From positions 4,672,001-4,736,000 of the forward strand of contig OZ244960.1 in assembly GCA_965222605.1 (NCBI GenBank): DNA of 64,000 bases, in the 5' to 3' direction. The stretch is from Candidatus Latescibacterota bacterium (GTDB taxonomy: Bacteria; Latescibacterota; UBA2968). This document shows, in pieces, positions 16,100 to 25,886 of the stretch. Made by a program: the position numbers and the translations under genes. Numbering within the stretch: the first letter of the stretch is position 1; every line of letters begins with the position of its first letter. The notes under the pieces are model-generated. The model had not been told where the DNA came from. It saw only the letters and a list, made by a program, of their open reading frames with translations, and did no database searches.

Positions 16100-17062
16100 T
16101 TAAAAAAGTGAGAGTTGGACGGGGTCTTGTTCTGTTGTGGGTTGTCTGGCAGGTCTCTCATCGGGATAGCACACGGCTTTGAAGGGGCAGGTGGTACACA
16201 GGTGGGTATTTGTTGTCATTGGAAAGGCGTCTTGCGAAGCGGTGTTTTGCTCGGGATCGTCGAGGAGGGCGCGCATTTTCTGGACGCTTTCGGTGACAAA
16301 TATACGGGTCTGATCGAGGTCGTCGGGAGAGAGGTCTAAGGTTTGCTCGGTGTTGGTTTGCAGGTAGATGTCCTTAAGTTGCAGGTCGGATAATGCGACG
16401 CCCCACTGCGAGGTGGCGTACAGAGCATACACAGCGAGTTGGTGGCGGTCGGCCTGGCGTTCGCGCCCGGTTTTCCAGTCGAATATATAGACAGAATCGC
16501 CACGGCGAATCGCCACGTCGAGTACGACCCAGATTTTGGTATTGGCAAGGGTAAAATCTGTGAGTTTTTCAATGGTGAGATAGTCTTCAGGACGGGCAGA
16601 TTGCAGGGTGGCGTAGGCATTGGAGGCGAAAAAAGCCTTGAGACTCGTCGAAATGTGATTGGCCGAGTTGATTCGGTCGGTTTCTGAAAAGGGTTCGTTG
16701 TAATAGTGTTCAAACAAATTGGTGTATTGAGAGGCCGAATAGCGCCAGAGATGTTCCTCGGATTCTTGCAGGTGCTGACCGAACAAGTTTTGCGCGTAGG
16801 TCTCGACAGCAAAGGGGAGAGTATCGCGCCCCAATTTCAACGCCTTGAGCACATTGTTGATGGCGTCGTGAACCACGGAACCGACGAGTTGCGGTACTGT
16901 GGTTATTTTTTTCAGGCGATATAGCAGTTGGCTCTGCGCGTCTGCGTCTTTGTCCCAGCCACCCCAACTGCCGTAGTAGTTGAAGTAGTATTGTCGCTTG
17001 CACGATTCAAACATGCGATGGCGCGATGGCGACCAGGAGAATTCGTTTTGGAAATTGGACAT
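16100..17062 (-). CDS. PD-(D/E)XK RecB/Cas4-like nuclease
   Basis: WSPS....F..C.RQYY, GSVVH, LD....D.KTG, QL.VYA and C-terminal CxxCPFxxxC; four cysteines fit an Fe-S cluster. Confidence 0.8.
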   Translation of the reverse strand: MSNFQNEFSWSPSRHRMFESCKRQYYFNYYGSWGGWDKDADAQSQLLYRLKKITTVPQLVGSVVHDAINNVLKALKLGRDTLPFAVETYAQNLFGQHLQESEEHLWRYSASQYTNLFEHYYNEPFSETDRINSANHISTSLKAFFASNAYATLQSARPEDYLTIEKLTDFTLANTKIWVVLDVAIRRGDSVYIFDWKTGRERQADRHQLAVYALYATSQWGVALSDLQLKDIYLQTNTEQTLDLSPDDLDQTRIFVTESVQKMRALLDDPEQNTASQDAFPMTTNTHLCTTCPFKAVCYPDERPARQPTTEQDPVQLSLF

Positions 17063-17065
17063 ATT

Positions 17066-18340
17066 TCAATAAAGCGCGTTTAAGACGTCGAAATACGTCG
17101 GAAATGTTTTGTTGACGCAGTCGGGGTCGTTGATGACAATGCCAGGGATTTTCAGTCCGATCAGCGATAGGCTCATCGCCATGCGGTGATCGTCGTACGT
17201 GTCGAGTGCGGTGGGTTGGATGTGGTCTGCTGGATAGACTGTGAGGCCATCGGTACGGGTATCAACGCGCACGCCGAGCGTGTTCAGTTCGGTTTTGAGT
17301 GCGGCGATGCGATCGGTTTCATGGATGCGGAGGACGGCCACATTGTGTATGCTGATTGGGGCAGAGGCAAATGGGGCTATCGCGCATAAGGTTGGCACGA
17401 TGTCGGGCGTGGCGTTCATGTCGATGTCGAGGCCCGACAGGCGGCCCGTACCGCGCACTTCAATGCCTTCGGGATCTTTGCTCACGTCACAGCCCATTTG
17501 GGATAGGATATCGACAAAGCCGATGTCGCCTTGAATGGATTGCGCCGTTAAATTGTGTACGCGCACGCGACCGCGGGTAAGTGCGGCTGCGGCAAAAAAA
17601 TAAGAGGCGTTGGATGCATCGGGTTCGATCTGGTAGGTGCGGGAATGATATCGCTGGCCTGCGCGCACTGTGAAAGAGCGATAATTATTATTGGTGACTT
17701 CAATCCCAAAGTCGCGCATGACGGCAATAGTGAGATCGATATACGGTTTGGATACGAGGTCGCCTTTGACGTGGATTTCGACATCGGTTTGGGCGTAGGA
17801 AGCCACTTGAAGCAGAGCCGTGAAATATTGGCTGCTTTTGTTGCCCTTCATGGTGGTGCGGCCGCCTTTGAAGCCAGAGGCGACGATGAGCGCGGGTGGG
17901 CATAGCCCGTCCTTGCCTTCACAACGCGCGGTTACGCCGAGGGGGGTGAGGCCGTCGAGGAGGTCCTGGATGGGCCGCTCGCGCATCCGTTCGGCGCCGT
18001 CTATGGTATAGGTTCCAGTGCCCAGGCCGAGATATGCCGCGAGAAAGCGCGCTGAGGTGCCGGAGTTGCCAATGTGGAGTTTTGCGTGATCAGCGGGAAT
18101 AAGCCCACCTGTGCCATAGACGCGAAATGCGGCCTCTGATGCTTCTACACGAATGCCCAGGTCGCGCAGAGCATTTGCCATATACCGGGTATCGTCGCTC
18201 ATGAGTGCGTTGTTGAGATGACTGACGCCATCTGCAAGCGCGGCAATTAGCAGAACGCGGTTGGTGATGCTTTTGGAACCCGGAATAGCAATATCTGCAT
18301 CGACAGGGGCTGTCATGGGTTGAATTTCAAGAGTTTTCAT
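17066..18340 (-). CDS. aroA: 3-phosphoshikimate 1-carboxyvinyltransferase
   Basis: PGSKSITNR, GNSGT, RPI, SSQY, ETDRI, DDHRMAMS motifs. Confidence 0.96.
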   Translation of the reverse strand: MKTLEIQPMTAPVDADIAIPGSKSITNRVLLIAALADGVSHLNNALMSDDTRYMANALRDLGIRVEASEAAFRVYGTGGLIPADHAKLHIGNSGTSARFLAAYLGLGTGTYTIDGAERMRERPIQDLLDGLTPLGVTARCEGKDGLCPPALIVASGFKGGRTTMKGNKSSQYFTALLQVASYAQTDVEIHVKGDLVSKPYIDLTIAVMRDFGIEVTNNNYRSFTVRAGQRYHSRTYQIEPDASNASYFFAAAALTRGRVRVHNLTAQSIQGDIGFVDILSQMGCDVSKDPEGIEVRGTGRLSGLDIDMNATPDIVPTLCAIAPFASAPISIHNVAVLRIHETDRIAALKTELNTLGVRVDTRTDGLTVYPADHIQPTALDTYDDHRMAMSLSLIGLKIPGIVINDPDCVNKTFPTYFDVLNALY

Positions 18341-18558
18341 AGGTATGAAAATAAATGAAAAATGAGTCATGCACAAGTTTCCCTGTCGGTGTTTTTTCGA
18401 TGCCCTGTTCTAATGGCGCGTACGCACATTCACACCCTGCCATTCTGTCGCTTGATTTTTCTCGCGTCCCGTTTTAGATTAGAGTTCATAAACTTCTCTC
18501 TCATTCCCCTTCGCGGATCCCTCTCCTGCACTCGGGGTCAAGTCAGGCCTTTGATTGC

Positions 18559-18598
18559 ATCCGTTTTTATTTGTGTTCATCTGTGTTTATCTGTGGTT
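18559..18598 (+). repeat. Four imperfect 10-bp tandem units (ATCTGTGTTY-like)
   Basis: atccgttttt atttgtgttc atctgtgttt atctgtggtt. Confidence 0.65.
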
Positions 18599-18650
18599 GC
18601 TTTTTCTCGAGATGCCCTCCCCCAACATCTCCATTTACGGGAGCGTGTTG

Positions 18651-21600
18651 ATGAAATCCTCTGACTTTGTCCATTTGCACAGCCATACTATGTACAGCCT
18701 GCTCGATGGCGCGTCCAGAATAGAAGATATTGCCCAGGTAGCCGCCGAATGGGGCATGCCTGCGGTTGCGATGACCGATCACGGCAATCTTTTTGGCGCT
18801 ATTGATTTTTATCGCGCGATGAGAAATGTAGGTGTCAATCCGATTATCGGGTGCGAGGTGTATTGCGCGATTGGGAGCCGATTTGACAGAAAATCTGCGG
18901 CGGGTCTTCAGGGCAGTTCAAACCATCTGGTTTTGCTGGTAAAAAATTATACGGGCTATAAAAATCTGATCAAGCTGGTGTCTGCGGGGTATCTCGAGGG
19001 TTTTTATTACAATCCGCGTATAGATAAAGACTTGTTGCGCCAGCATTCGGAAGGGCTGATTTGCCTGTCGGCGTGTGTCGGGGGCGAGATCCCCTATTTG
19101 ATCGAACGCGAGGGATACACGGCGGCGCAAAAGGCCGTGGAAACGTATCTCGATATTTTCGGCGATGATTATTATTTAGAGATTCAGCGGCACGGTATTG
19201 ATAAAGAAAAAAAGATCAATCCCGGATTGGTCAAGTTGCACAAGGAGATGGGGGTGCCCCTGGTGGCGACGAATGATTCGCATTTTACGCGCGCCGAAGA
19301 TCACGAAGCGCATGCGGCTCTGGTCGCTATTCAGACGGGCAAGACATTGGACGATCCCAAGCGCCTGTGTTATCCCGAGGGCGTGTATTTTAAGTCGGCA
19401 GAAGAGATGTACGAGCTGTTTCAAGATATGCCGCATGTTTTGGAACCCACGCTCGAGATTGCCGAAAAATGCAATCTGGAGATTTCATTTGACGAGTACC
19501 GCGCGCCCGATTTTCCCTTGCCAGAGAGTTATGAGTCGGCCAGCGATTATCTGGGTGATCTGGCGCGCGAGGGCATGGAGGCGCGGTGTAAATCTGTGAC
19601 TTCTGAGCATGAGGAACGCCTGAAGTTCGAGTTGGGCGTGATCGATCAGACGGGATATCCGGGCTATTTTTTAATTTTGCACGATGTGGTGCAGTTTTCC
19701 AATGCCTCTGGCATCCGCGCAGGCGCGCGCGGGTCTGCGGTGAGCAGCCTGGTGGCTTATGCGCTGGGTATTACAGCTGTGGATCCCATTGAATACGGGC
19801 TGGTGTTTGAGCGGTTTTTGAATCCCGAGCGCATCTCGCCGCCCGATATTGATCTCGACATTGCCGACCGCGACCGCGAGCAGGTCATCGATTACGTGGT
19901 GCAAAAATACGGGCGCGACAATGTGTGTCAGGTCATTACGTTTGGGACAATGGGTGCAAAGGGCGTGATCCGCGATGTGGGGCGGGTGTTGGACCGGCCA
20001 TTTGCAGAAGTCGATAAAATTTCAAAACTGGTGCCCTCAGAATTGAAGGTGACGCTCGATAAAGCACTCGATCAGGTGCCCGAGTTGCGTCAGATTGCAG
20101 AAGATGGGGGTACGGGCCAAAAGATGATCGGCATTGGAAAGCAACTCGAAGGTCTGGCGCGCCATGCGTCGATTCACGCGGCTGCGGTGGTGATCACGCC
20201 CGAGCCTGTGACCGAATTTATGCCTGTTTACAAAGCGCCCAAAGGCGGCGAGGTGATGACGCAGTACAATATGCACCATGTGGAAGACCTGGGCTTTTTG
20301 AAGATAGATTTTTTGGGAATTCGCAATCTGACGGTGATTGACGATGCTGTGAAGATGGTGAAGGAAAATTACGGCGTGGATGTGGATGTGGATAATTTGC
20401 CTTTGGACGATGAGGCGACCTATCGCCTGTTTGGCCGGGGCGATACGACCGGGATATTCCAGTTTGAGAGCGGGGGGATGAAGGGCTATTTGCAACAACT
20501 GCAGCCGGATACGATTGGCGATATTATTGCGATGAACGCGCTTTATCGCCCGGGACCGATGCAGTACATTCCCAATTACATCAATCGCAAGCACGGGCGA
20601 GAGGAAGTGACATATAACGACGAGAAGATGCGCCCGGCCCTGGAAGAGACGTACGGCATTATTACTTACCAGGAGCAAGTGCAGCGCCTGTGCCGCGACC
20701 TGGCCGGATTTACACTTGCCAAAGCCGATGGTATCCGCAAAGCCATGGGAAAAAAATTGGCCGATGTTATGGAACAGTATCGGCTCGAATTTTTAGAGGG
20801 TGCCAGTGCCAATGGCGTTAAAAAAGTGGTTGCACAACAGATATGGCGAGATATCGAGGTTTTCTCGGGCTACGGGTTCAACAAAGCGCACAGTTCGGGC
20901 TATTCGATGGTGGCTTATCAGTGCGCGTATCTCAAGGCACATTATCCAGCCGAATTTATGGCGGCGAACCTCAACAGTGAAATTGGCAATATTGAGCGTC
21001 TGGTCGTTCTGGTTGAAGAATGCCGACGGATGGATCTGGACGTATTGCCTCCGGATGTGAATGAGGGGCAGGTCGATTTTGTGGCTGTCAAGAACGAGAT
21101 CCGGATGGGTATGGCTGCCATTCGCAATGTGGGGCGCAGCGCGGTTCAAGCGATTGTTGCAGCGCGTGAAGCAGATGGCCCTTTTGAGTCGCTATTTGAT
21201 TTTTGCGACCGCGTGGATTCTCAGGCTGTGAACAGGCGGTGTATTGAAAGTCTGATTAAAGCCGGTGCTTATGATTGCGTGTCCGGTCATCGCGCGCAGT
21301 TGCTCAATGCCTTAGATCGCGCACTGGAGATGGCGCAATCTGTACAGATGGATCGCGCGCGCGGGCAAATTTCCATGTTTGAAATGGCCGAGATGCAAAC
21401 GCAGGTGGTAAATGACCGCTCGTTGCCCGATGTTGAGGAATGGACCGAGCGCGAACGCCTCGCATACGAAAAAGATATGCTGGGCTTTTATCTTTCGGGG
21501 CATCCGCTGGAACGCTACAGAACCGATTTGGCGGGAATGGGGATGCGGTCGGTAAATGATCTGGAGGGATTGCCCGATGGCGCTGAGGTGCAGATTGGGG

Positions 21601-22157
21601 GCGTGTTGACCGAGGTCAAACCGCATACGACGCGCAATGGCCAGCCCATGGCTTTTGGCACGCTGGAAGATTTGAACGGCACGGTTGACCTGGTGGTGTT
21701 TTCCGATAATTTTGAAAAATTGCGCGAGCAACTGCTGGTCGATGAAATGGTGGTTTTGCAAGGTCGGTTTTCTGCACGCAATGGCCGGTCTTCGGTGCAG
21801 GTTGAAAATGTGATGCCCATTGAGCAGGCGCGCGAACAATTGGCCGATACCGTCAATGTGTTGTTGCCCGGCGATTTAATTCGGATGGAACGACTTAAGT
21901 CTTTGCATACCGTGTGTCTGAAACATCCGGGCGACTGTCAGTTGCGGTTGCATCTGAAATTGGAGCGCGACCATTCCACTGTTGTCCTGTCCCGCCAGGT
22001 TCAAGTGTTGCCTTCCGATGCCCTGTTGCGCGAAATTGCCGAACTCACGGGCGGCAGGGCCAATGCATGGGTATCGACCGAGGCGGGGCGTGCCCGACGC
22101 GCAGCGAGACGCCAATCCGATGATCTGGTCCTGGAGGGCGGACTTGTAACGGCGTGA
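18651..22157 (+). CDS. dnaE: DNA polymerase III alpha subunit
   Basis: PHP domain (HLHSHT.YSLLDG, TDHG), FERFLNPER.SPPDIDLD, KIDFLG, YGFNKAHS, OB fold. Confidence 0.97.
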   Translation: MKSSDFVHLHSHTMYSLLDGASRIEDIAQVAAEWGMPAVAMTDHGNLFGAIDFYRAMRNVGVNPIIGCEVYCAIGSRFDRKSAAGLQGSSNHLVLLVKNYTGYKNLIKLVSAGYLEGFYYNPRIDKDLLRQHSEGLICLSACVGGEIPYLIEREGYTAAQKAVETYLDIFGDDYYLEIQRHGIDKEKKINPGLVKLHKEMGVPLVATNDSHFTRAEDHEAHAALVAIQTGKTLDDPKRLCYPEGVYFKSAEEMYELFQDMPHVLEPTLEIAEKCNLEISFDEYRAPDFPLPESYESASDYLGDLAREGMEARCKSVTSEHEERLKFELGVIDQTGYPGYFLILHDVVQFSNASGIRAGARGSAVSSLVAYALGITAVDPIEYGLVFERFLNPERISPPDIDLDIADRDREQVIDYVVQKYGRDNVCQVITFGTMGAKGVIRDVGRVLDRPFAEVDKISKLVPSELKVTLDKALDQVPELRQIAEDGGTGQKMIGIGKQLEGLARHASIHAAAVVITPEPVTEFMPVYKAPKGGEVMTQYNMHHVEDLGFLKIDFLGIRNLTVIDDAVKMVKENYGVDVDVDNLPLDDEATYRLFGRGDTTGIFQFESGGMKGYLQQLQPDTIGDIIAMNALYRPGPMQYIPNYINRKHGREEVTYNDEKMRPALEETYGIITYQEQVQRLCRDLAGFTLAKADGIRKAMGKKLADVMEQYRLEFLEGASANGVKKVVAQQIWRDIEVFSGYGFNKAHSSGYSMVAYQCAYLKAHYPAEFMAANLNSEIGNIERLVVLVEECRRMDLDVLPPDVNEGQVDFVAVKNEIRMGMAAIRNVGRSAVQAIVAAREADGPFESLFDFCDRVDSQAVNRRCIESLIKAGAYDCVSGHRAQLLNALDRALEMAQSVQMDRARGQISMFEMAEMQTQVVNDRSLPDVEEWTERERLAYEKDMLGFYLSGHPLERYRTDLAGMGMRSVNDLEGLPDGAEVQIGGVLTEVKPHTTRNGQPMAFGTLEDLNGTVDLVVFSDNFEKLREQLLVDEMVVLQGRFSARNGRSSVQVENVMPIEQAREQLADTVNVLLPGDLIRMERLKSLHTVCLKHPGDCQLRLHLKLERDHSTVVLSRQVQVLPSDALLREIAELTGGRANAWVSTEAGRARRAARRQSDDLVLEGGLVTA

Positions 22158-22194
22158 TGAGAGGCGGAAAATAGACACAGATATATGCAAAGAT

Positions 22195-22228
22195 AAAAGG
22201 CGAGAGGCCATCCGGCCTCTCGCCTTTT
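22195..22228. terminator. Bidirectional intrinsic terminator between dnaE and rodA
   Basis: Perfect hairpin AAAAGGCGAGAGGCC-atcc-GGCCTCTCGCCTTTT between convergent genes. Confidence 0.85.
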
Positions 22229-22290
22229 GCGTTGAACTGGTCTGGAAAACGACCAGTTGTACACCGTTCTACCTCTCACGTTTCACGCCT

Positions 22291-23511
22291 TTAATAATCC
22301 TCATATCTATTGGCATAAATGTTGAGCAACAGACCAATGAGAACCATATTTGTGATGAGGGTGGAACCTCCGTAGCTCAGGAAGGGCAACGGAAGGCCCG
22401 TGACGGGCATAATGCCGATGGTCATGCCGATGTTGACAAAAATGTGGAAGAGGAGAATAGTCGCCAGACCAATAGCGGTCAAGCTGGAGAAACGGTTTTT
22501 GGTCTGTACGGCAATGGACAAGGCGCGCCATAAGATGAATATAAACAATGCCAGAACAAAAAAGGCACCGAGAAACCCAAATTCTTCGCATATAACGGCA
22601 AAGATAAAGTCGGTGTGTTGTTCGGGTAAAAAGGCGAGTTTGGTTTGTGTGCCTTCCAAAAGCCCCTTGCCCGTGAGGCCGCCAGATCCAATGGCGATTT
22701 TGGACTGAATGACCTGATAACCCGCGCCGAGTTTGTCCATATCGGGGTCGAGAAAGGTGAGGATGCGGCGTTTTTGGTAGTCGTGGAGTTTGTTTTCCCA
22801 CACAAAAGGCGCTATAACAGCGACCGCGAGATTGGCCAATAGCAAGATGCTTGCAGTGAATAAGCGGGGGCGTTCAAAGAAAAGGATACCAATGAGCAGG
22901 AGTACCATCGCAACCAGCATCCAGGGGTGAAAAGCACATATCAGGGTGAGGGCAGGAGTGACTAAAAAGAATAGATGCATGGGTCTGGCACCAGCCCAGA
23001 AGTACATGGGCAGGATGAGGATGCTAAAAACCAGAGCAGTGCCCAGGTCGGGTTGCTTAAAGACGAGCAAGATGGGCACGAGAACGAGCAACAGAGGCGG
23101 GATAAAGGAACGTGCGCGGGTCAGGTCGCGGTTGGGATAGGCCAAAAAGCGCGCGAGTACCAGGACGGTCGTTATTTTGGCGAATTCAGAAGGCTGTATG
23201 TGAATGGGGCCAATGTTGAACCAGCGCCGGTCACCCAATTCGAGAACCAGTATCAAAAGTGCAACCGTCAGGCCGTAGAGGACATACGCAAAGGCATAAA
23301 AAAGTTTGAGGGGAATGACCATGGTGATGACCATGACAATAAACCCGAGCAATGCCCAGATAATTTGCTTTTCATAAATGTTGCCAGCCAGGCCCAGATC
23401 CCAATTGTAGCTGGCACTGTATATGGTGGTAATGCCCACACCAATGCCCAGGCATATTGCCGTGAATAGGCCGATGTCGAGGTCTCGTCGGACAAATTGA
23501 GAGATATTCAC
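22291..23511 (-). CDS. rodA: Rod shape-determining protein RodA
   Basis: IQPSEFAK, QPDLGT, GYQVIQSKIAIGSGG, PEQHTDFIF, LPFLSYGG; GTG start with GAGG SD. Confidence 0.95.
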   Translation of the reverse strand: MNISQFVRRDLDIGLFTAICLGIGVGITTIYSASYNWDLGLAGNIYEKQIIWALLGFIVMVITMVIPLKLFYAFAYVLYGLTVALLILVLELGDRRWFNIGPIHIQPSEFAKITTVLVLARFLAYPNRDLTRARSFIPPLLLVLVPILLVFKQPDLGTALVFSILILPMYFWAGARPMHLFFLVTPALTLICAFHPWMLVAMVLLLIGILFFERPRLFTASILLLANLAVAVIAPFVWENKLHDYQKRRILTFLDPDMDKLGAGYQVIQSKIAIGSGGLTGKGLLEGTQTKLAFLPEQHTDFIFAVICEEFGFLGAFFVLALFIFILWRALSIAVQTKNRFSSLTAIGLATILLFHIFVNIGMTIGIMPVTGLPLPFLSYGGSTLITNMVLIGLLLNIYANRYEDY

Positions 23512-23533
23512 AACTACCTCAGAAAATGAGAGG

Positions 23534-25405
23534 TTACCGGTTATTGACCACAAATAATTCGTTGGTGCGTTTTTGCTTTGGCACCGCGTGTTCAAAATAG
23601 GCTTCAAGCGTTTTTTGTGCAATAGGCGCGGCCACTGCGCCTCCCGAACCGCCGTTTTCGACAATTACGGCAATGGCAATACGCGGATTTTCAGCCGGTG
23701 CATAAGCGACAAACCAGGCGTGGTCTTCACCGTGAGGATTTTGTGCGGTGCCCGTTTTTCCCGCAACGACAATATCGGGTAAACGGGCGCGACGGCCTGT
23801 GCCGCCTGGGCTGTTGACCACATCTATCATTATGCTTCGCACTGTTTTAATGACCTCTTTTGAAATGGGTAGCGACGTGGTTCCACCCTGTGTGCCTTTG
23901 ATCACATGCGGGGTGGGTAGCTGACCGGTCGCCAGTGCACTCGTATAGCGCACGGCTTGAATGGGCGTTGTCAGGAGTTCCCCCTGTCCAATGGTCAGGT
24001 TGAGCATATTGCCCCCAGCCCAGAAGCCGTGCCTTTGTTTGTAATAGGCGCGGTCGGGCAGCAGACCGCGTGCTTCACCCTCGCCTCCCGAAGCGATGTC
24101 GATATTTGTCAATTCACCAAATTCGAACATAGCGGCATAATGATGCCAGTTTTCAATGCCCACTTTGAGGCCGAGTTGATAAAAGAATACATCACACGAT
24201 TTTACGAGTGCTTGCCGCATGTTGATATATCCGCAGCCTTTTTTGTTGTGACATCTAAACCGGCGATTGCCAAAAAACATGCCTCCCATGCATGGTCGCA
24301 AGCGATATTCATCGGCTTTGATTATGCCCATGTCCAAAGCGGCGATTGATGTTATCATTTTGAATACCGAAGCGGGTGGATATTCGCCCTGAAGGCTGCG
24401 ATTGAGCAAGGGTTTGGATGGGTCTGTTTGCAAAAGCTGCCACGCTTTGGGGTCTCGGATAGATCGCGGGTGAAATCCGGGTTTGCTGACTATGGCGATG
24501 ATTTCGCCAGACTGCGGGTGCATCGCTACGAGGCTGCCGCGCATGCTGTCTGCAAAGGCGTGTTCGGCTGCATGTTGCACGCGCCAGTCGATTGTGAGCC
24601 ACAAATCTTCGCCGGGAATGGAGGGGTCTGTTTTTTCGGGAAAACTGCCCACTTCGCGTCCCTTGGCATTCACTTCGATGTATCTGACGCCCTTAAGGCC
24701 CCGCATTCGGTCTTCAAACATACGCTCAAGGCCTCGTTTTCCAATGCGGTTATCGTAGCGATATCCTTCCGTTTTCAGGCGAGAATATTGCGATGCGTTG
24801 ATCAGCCCGATATAGCCCAAAGTATGAGGTGCTAAGGGAAAGTATCTACTGACGTTGTGCTGCACGTGCGAAAATTCGGTGGATACCGCCGAGGGGTTGT
24901 CAAAGATGGGATAGCCCCTGCGAGGTTCGATTTGGATTTCTACACCGGGGAAATCATAGCGGTTTTCCTCGATAATGGAAACGGCTTCAAAGTCAACATC
25001 GAGTTTGAGGTTGACCGGATCGTAAAAGTACCGGTTAGGCGATTGCAATTTTTTTGTTATGGTTTCACAGGGTAGATCTACAATGTGCCCGAGGCGTTCG
25101 AGAAGCCCATTGCATTTGCCTTCTTCAATATTTGCCAAAAAGCGAGGGGGAATGACCGAGATGTTATAAGACGGTCTGTTATCGACCAAAATGATACCAT
25201 TGCGATCGCGGATCAGGCCGCGATTGGCCTGGATGATGACGGGCTGCATGGTATTTTTTTCAGATTGGATGCGATACTGTTCCCATTCGGCAATCTGCAA
25301 CATATAGAGGCGGATGCCCAACATGCCAAAGAGAAACGCGATTACGCCTAAAAGAATGCGTGCGCGATGTGTTCGGATGCCGTTATGTGTGAAGTCATTC
25401 TGCAT
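23534..25405 (-). CDS. mrdA: Penicillin-binding protein 2
   Basis: RG.IRDRNG dimerisation domain; SVFK, SCD and KTGT active-site motifs. Confidence 0.93.
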   Translation of the reverse strand: MQNDFTHNGIRTHRARILLGVIAFLFGMLGIRLYMLQIAEWEQYRIQSEKNTMQPVIIQANRGLIRDRNGIILVDNRPSYNISVIPPRFLANIEEGKCNGLLERLGHIVDLPCETITKKLQSPNRYFYDPVNLKLDVDFEAVSIIEENRYDFPGVEIQIEPRRGYPIFDNPSAVSTEFSHVQHNVSRYFPLAPHTLGYIGLINASQYSRLKTEGYRYDNRIGKRGLERMFEDRMRGLKGVRYIEVNAKGREVGSFPEKTDPSIPGEDLWLTIDWRVQHAAEHAFADSMRGSLVAMHPQSGEIIAIVSKPGFHPRSIRDPKAWQLLQTDPSKPLLNRSLQGEYPPASVFKMITSIAALDMGIIKADEYRLRPCMGGMFFGNRRFRCHNKKGCGYINMRQALVKSCDVFFYQLGLKVGIENWHHYAAMFEFGELTNIDIASGGEGEARGLLPDRAYYKQRHGFWAGGNMLNLTIGQGELLTTPIQAVRYTSALATGQLPTPHVIKGTQGGTTSLPISKEVIKTVRSIMIDVVNSPGGTGRRARLPDIVVAGKTGTAQNPHGEDHAWFVAYAPAENPRIAIAVIVENGGSGGAVAAPIAQKTLEAYFEHAVPKQKRTNELFVVNNR

Positions 25406-25874
25406 GGGGTTCAATATTGAGAAGTGAGAAATGGGTGAGGACAAATGATAATGCCGTGCCCAACGCGGCTGTGTAAAGACTTGTGCCTAATCCGATACTC
25501 AAAATTTTGATCGGTTGCAAAGCAACGAGAAAAAAAATAATATCGTGTAAAAGTGTCGCTAATAATAAAATGGCGGCCTGTGCTCGCAGGGTTTCTGCGG
25601 CGATACCCCCGCGGGTATAACCCGCAAAAAACCCAATCAGACTGTTGGCAAGGGCATTGGTGCCCAAACGCGTACCGGAGTCGTATATGTCGATGACCAA
25701 TCCCGATATAAAACCCAGCACCGTTGCTTCAATTTGCCCCCGGGTAAAGGCAATAAAAACCAGTATGATGATGACGATATCCGGCGCGATGCCGTAAATG
25801 GCGAGGCTATCGATCCAGGATGCCTGGAGAAGTAGTGACAAAAAAATGAACACAATATTGCGGGCGATAATCAT
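25395..25874 (-). CDS. mreD: Rod shape-determining protein MreD
   Basis: Hydrophobic 159 aa with PD, GF.SGL..D motifs, directly upstream of mrdA. Confidence 0.8.
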   Translation of the reverse strand: MIIARNIVFIFLSLLLQASWIDSLAIYGIAPDIVIIILVFIAFTRGQIEATVLGFISGLVIDIYDSGTRLGTNALANSLIGFFAGYTRGGIAAETLRAQAAILLLATLLHDIIFFLVALQPIKILSIGLGTSLYTAALGTALSFVLTHFSLLNIEPHAE

Positions 25875-25886
25875 GCTGACCGTTTA

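Noticed and set aside
18380-18555. Possible ncRNA in the aroA-dnaE divergent intergenic region
   Set aside because: No recognisable family motif or convincing structure by eye; would need an Infernal/Rfam scan
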